Below, piece after piece: positions 63,995-64,000 of a DNA stretch of 64,000 nt. The position numbers and the translations under genes are program-made. The notes under the pieces were generated by a model. That model did not search any database. It had not been told where the DNA came from and saw only the letters and a list, made by a program, of their open reading frames with translations. How positions within the stretch are numbered: position 1 is the first letter of the stretch; each line of letters opens with the position of its first letter. The stretch is from Arenicellales bacterium (GTDB lineage Bacteria; Pseudomonadota; Gammaproteobacteria; Arenicellales; JAJDZL01): assembly GCA_965214785.1 (NCBI GenBank), contig OZ243975.1:132914-196913 (forward strand), given 5' to 3'.

Positions 63995-64000
63995 CATTGC

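Overview
This looks like a chromosomal segment of a chemolithotrophic sulfur-oxidising proteobacterium. Gene content looks gammaproteobacterial, but the organism cannot be named from sequence alone. Single 60-nt lines I counted in the backbone are about 42-43% GC. Left to right:

- pstS (5'-partial) plus pstCAB.
- An MlrC/M81-like peptidase.
- A polar amino-acid ABC transporter.
- A complete type-I sHdr cluster on the minus strand (dsrE3-shdrC1B1AHC2B2-hyp-lbpA-tusA). It is preceded on the same strand by squalene synthase, ispH and a GATase1-like gene.
- A divergent yeeE-lbpA2-slpl(AB)-lipS-lipS lipoate-assembly operon.
- An accessory stretch. A 436-codon P-loop (AAA_16/STAND-like) ATPase gene occurs twice as direct repeats exactly 21,151 bp apart. 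The repeats bracket six genes: a cadherin-like/arylsulfotransferase-like secreted protein, an 8.46-kb autotransporter adhesin gene with an internal ~4.3-kb high-GC cassette, the ~1,600-aa NAD-glutamate dehydrogenase, an alcohol dehydrogenase, a YHS protein and Bcp.
- On the right: an orphan LplA/LipM-family gene and a tandem-thioredoxin protein. Next comes a 2,487-aa single-module fully reducing type I PKS (KS-AT-DH-cMT-ER-KR-ACP, no release domain). It sits directly downstream of a two-Cys ArsR/SoxR-like regulator and is divergent from soxXYZA(K)BW. No soxCD is present in the window.

I recognised no rRNA, tRNA, CRISPR array, transposase or integrase. The most unusual signals are:

- the PKS wired into the sox locus;
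- the compositionally chimeric giant adhesin;
- the mosaic repeated ATPase;
- a poly-C tract that decides whether the adhesin-operon leader gene has a usable start;
- non-canonical accessory genes around the sHdr/lipoate clusters.

All domain calls come from motif reading by eye, not from database searches.
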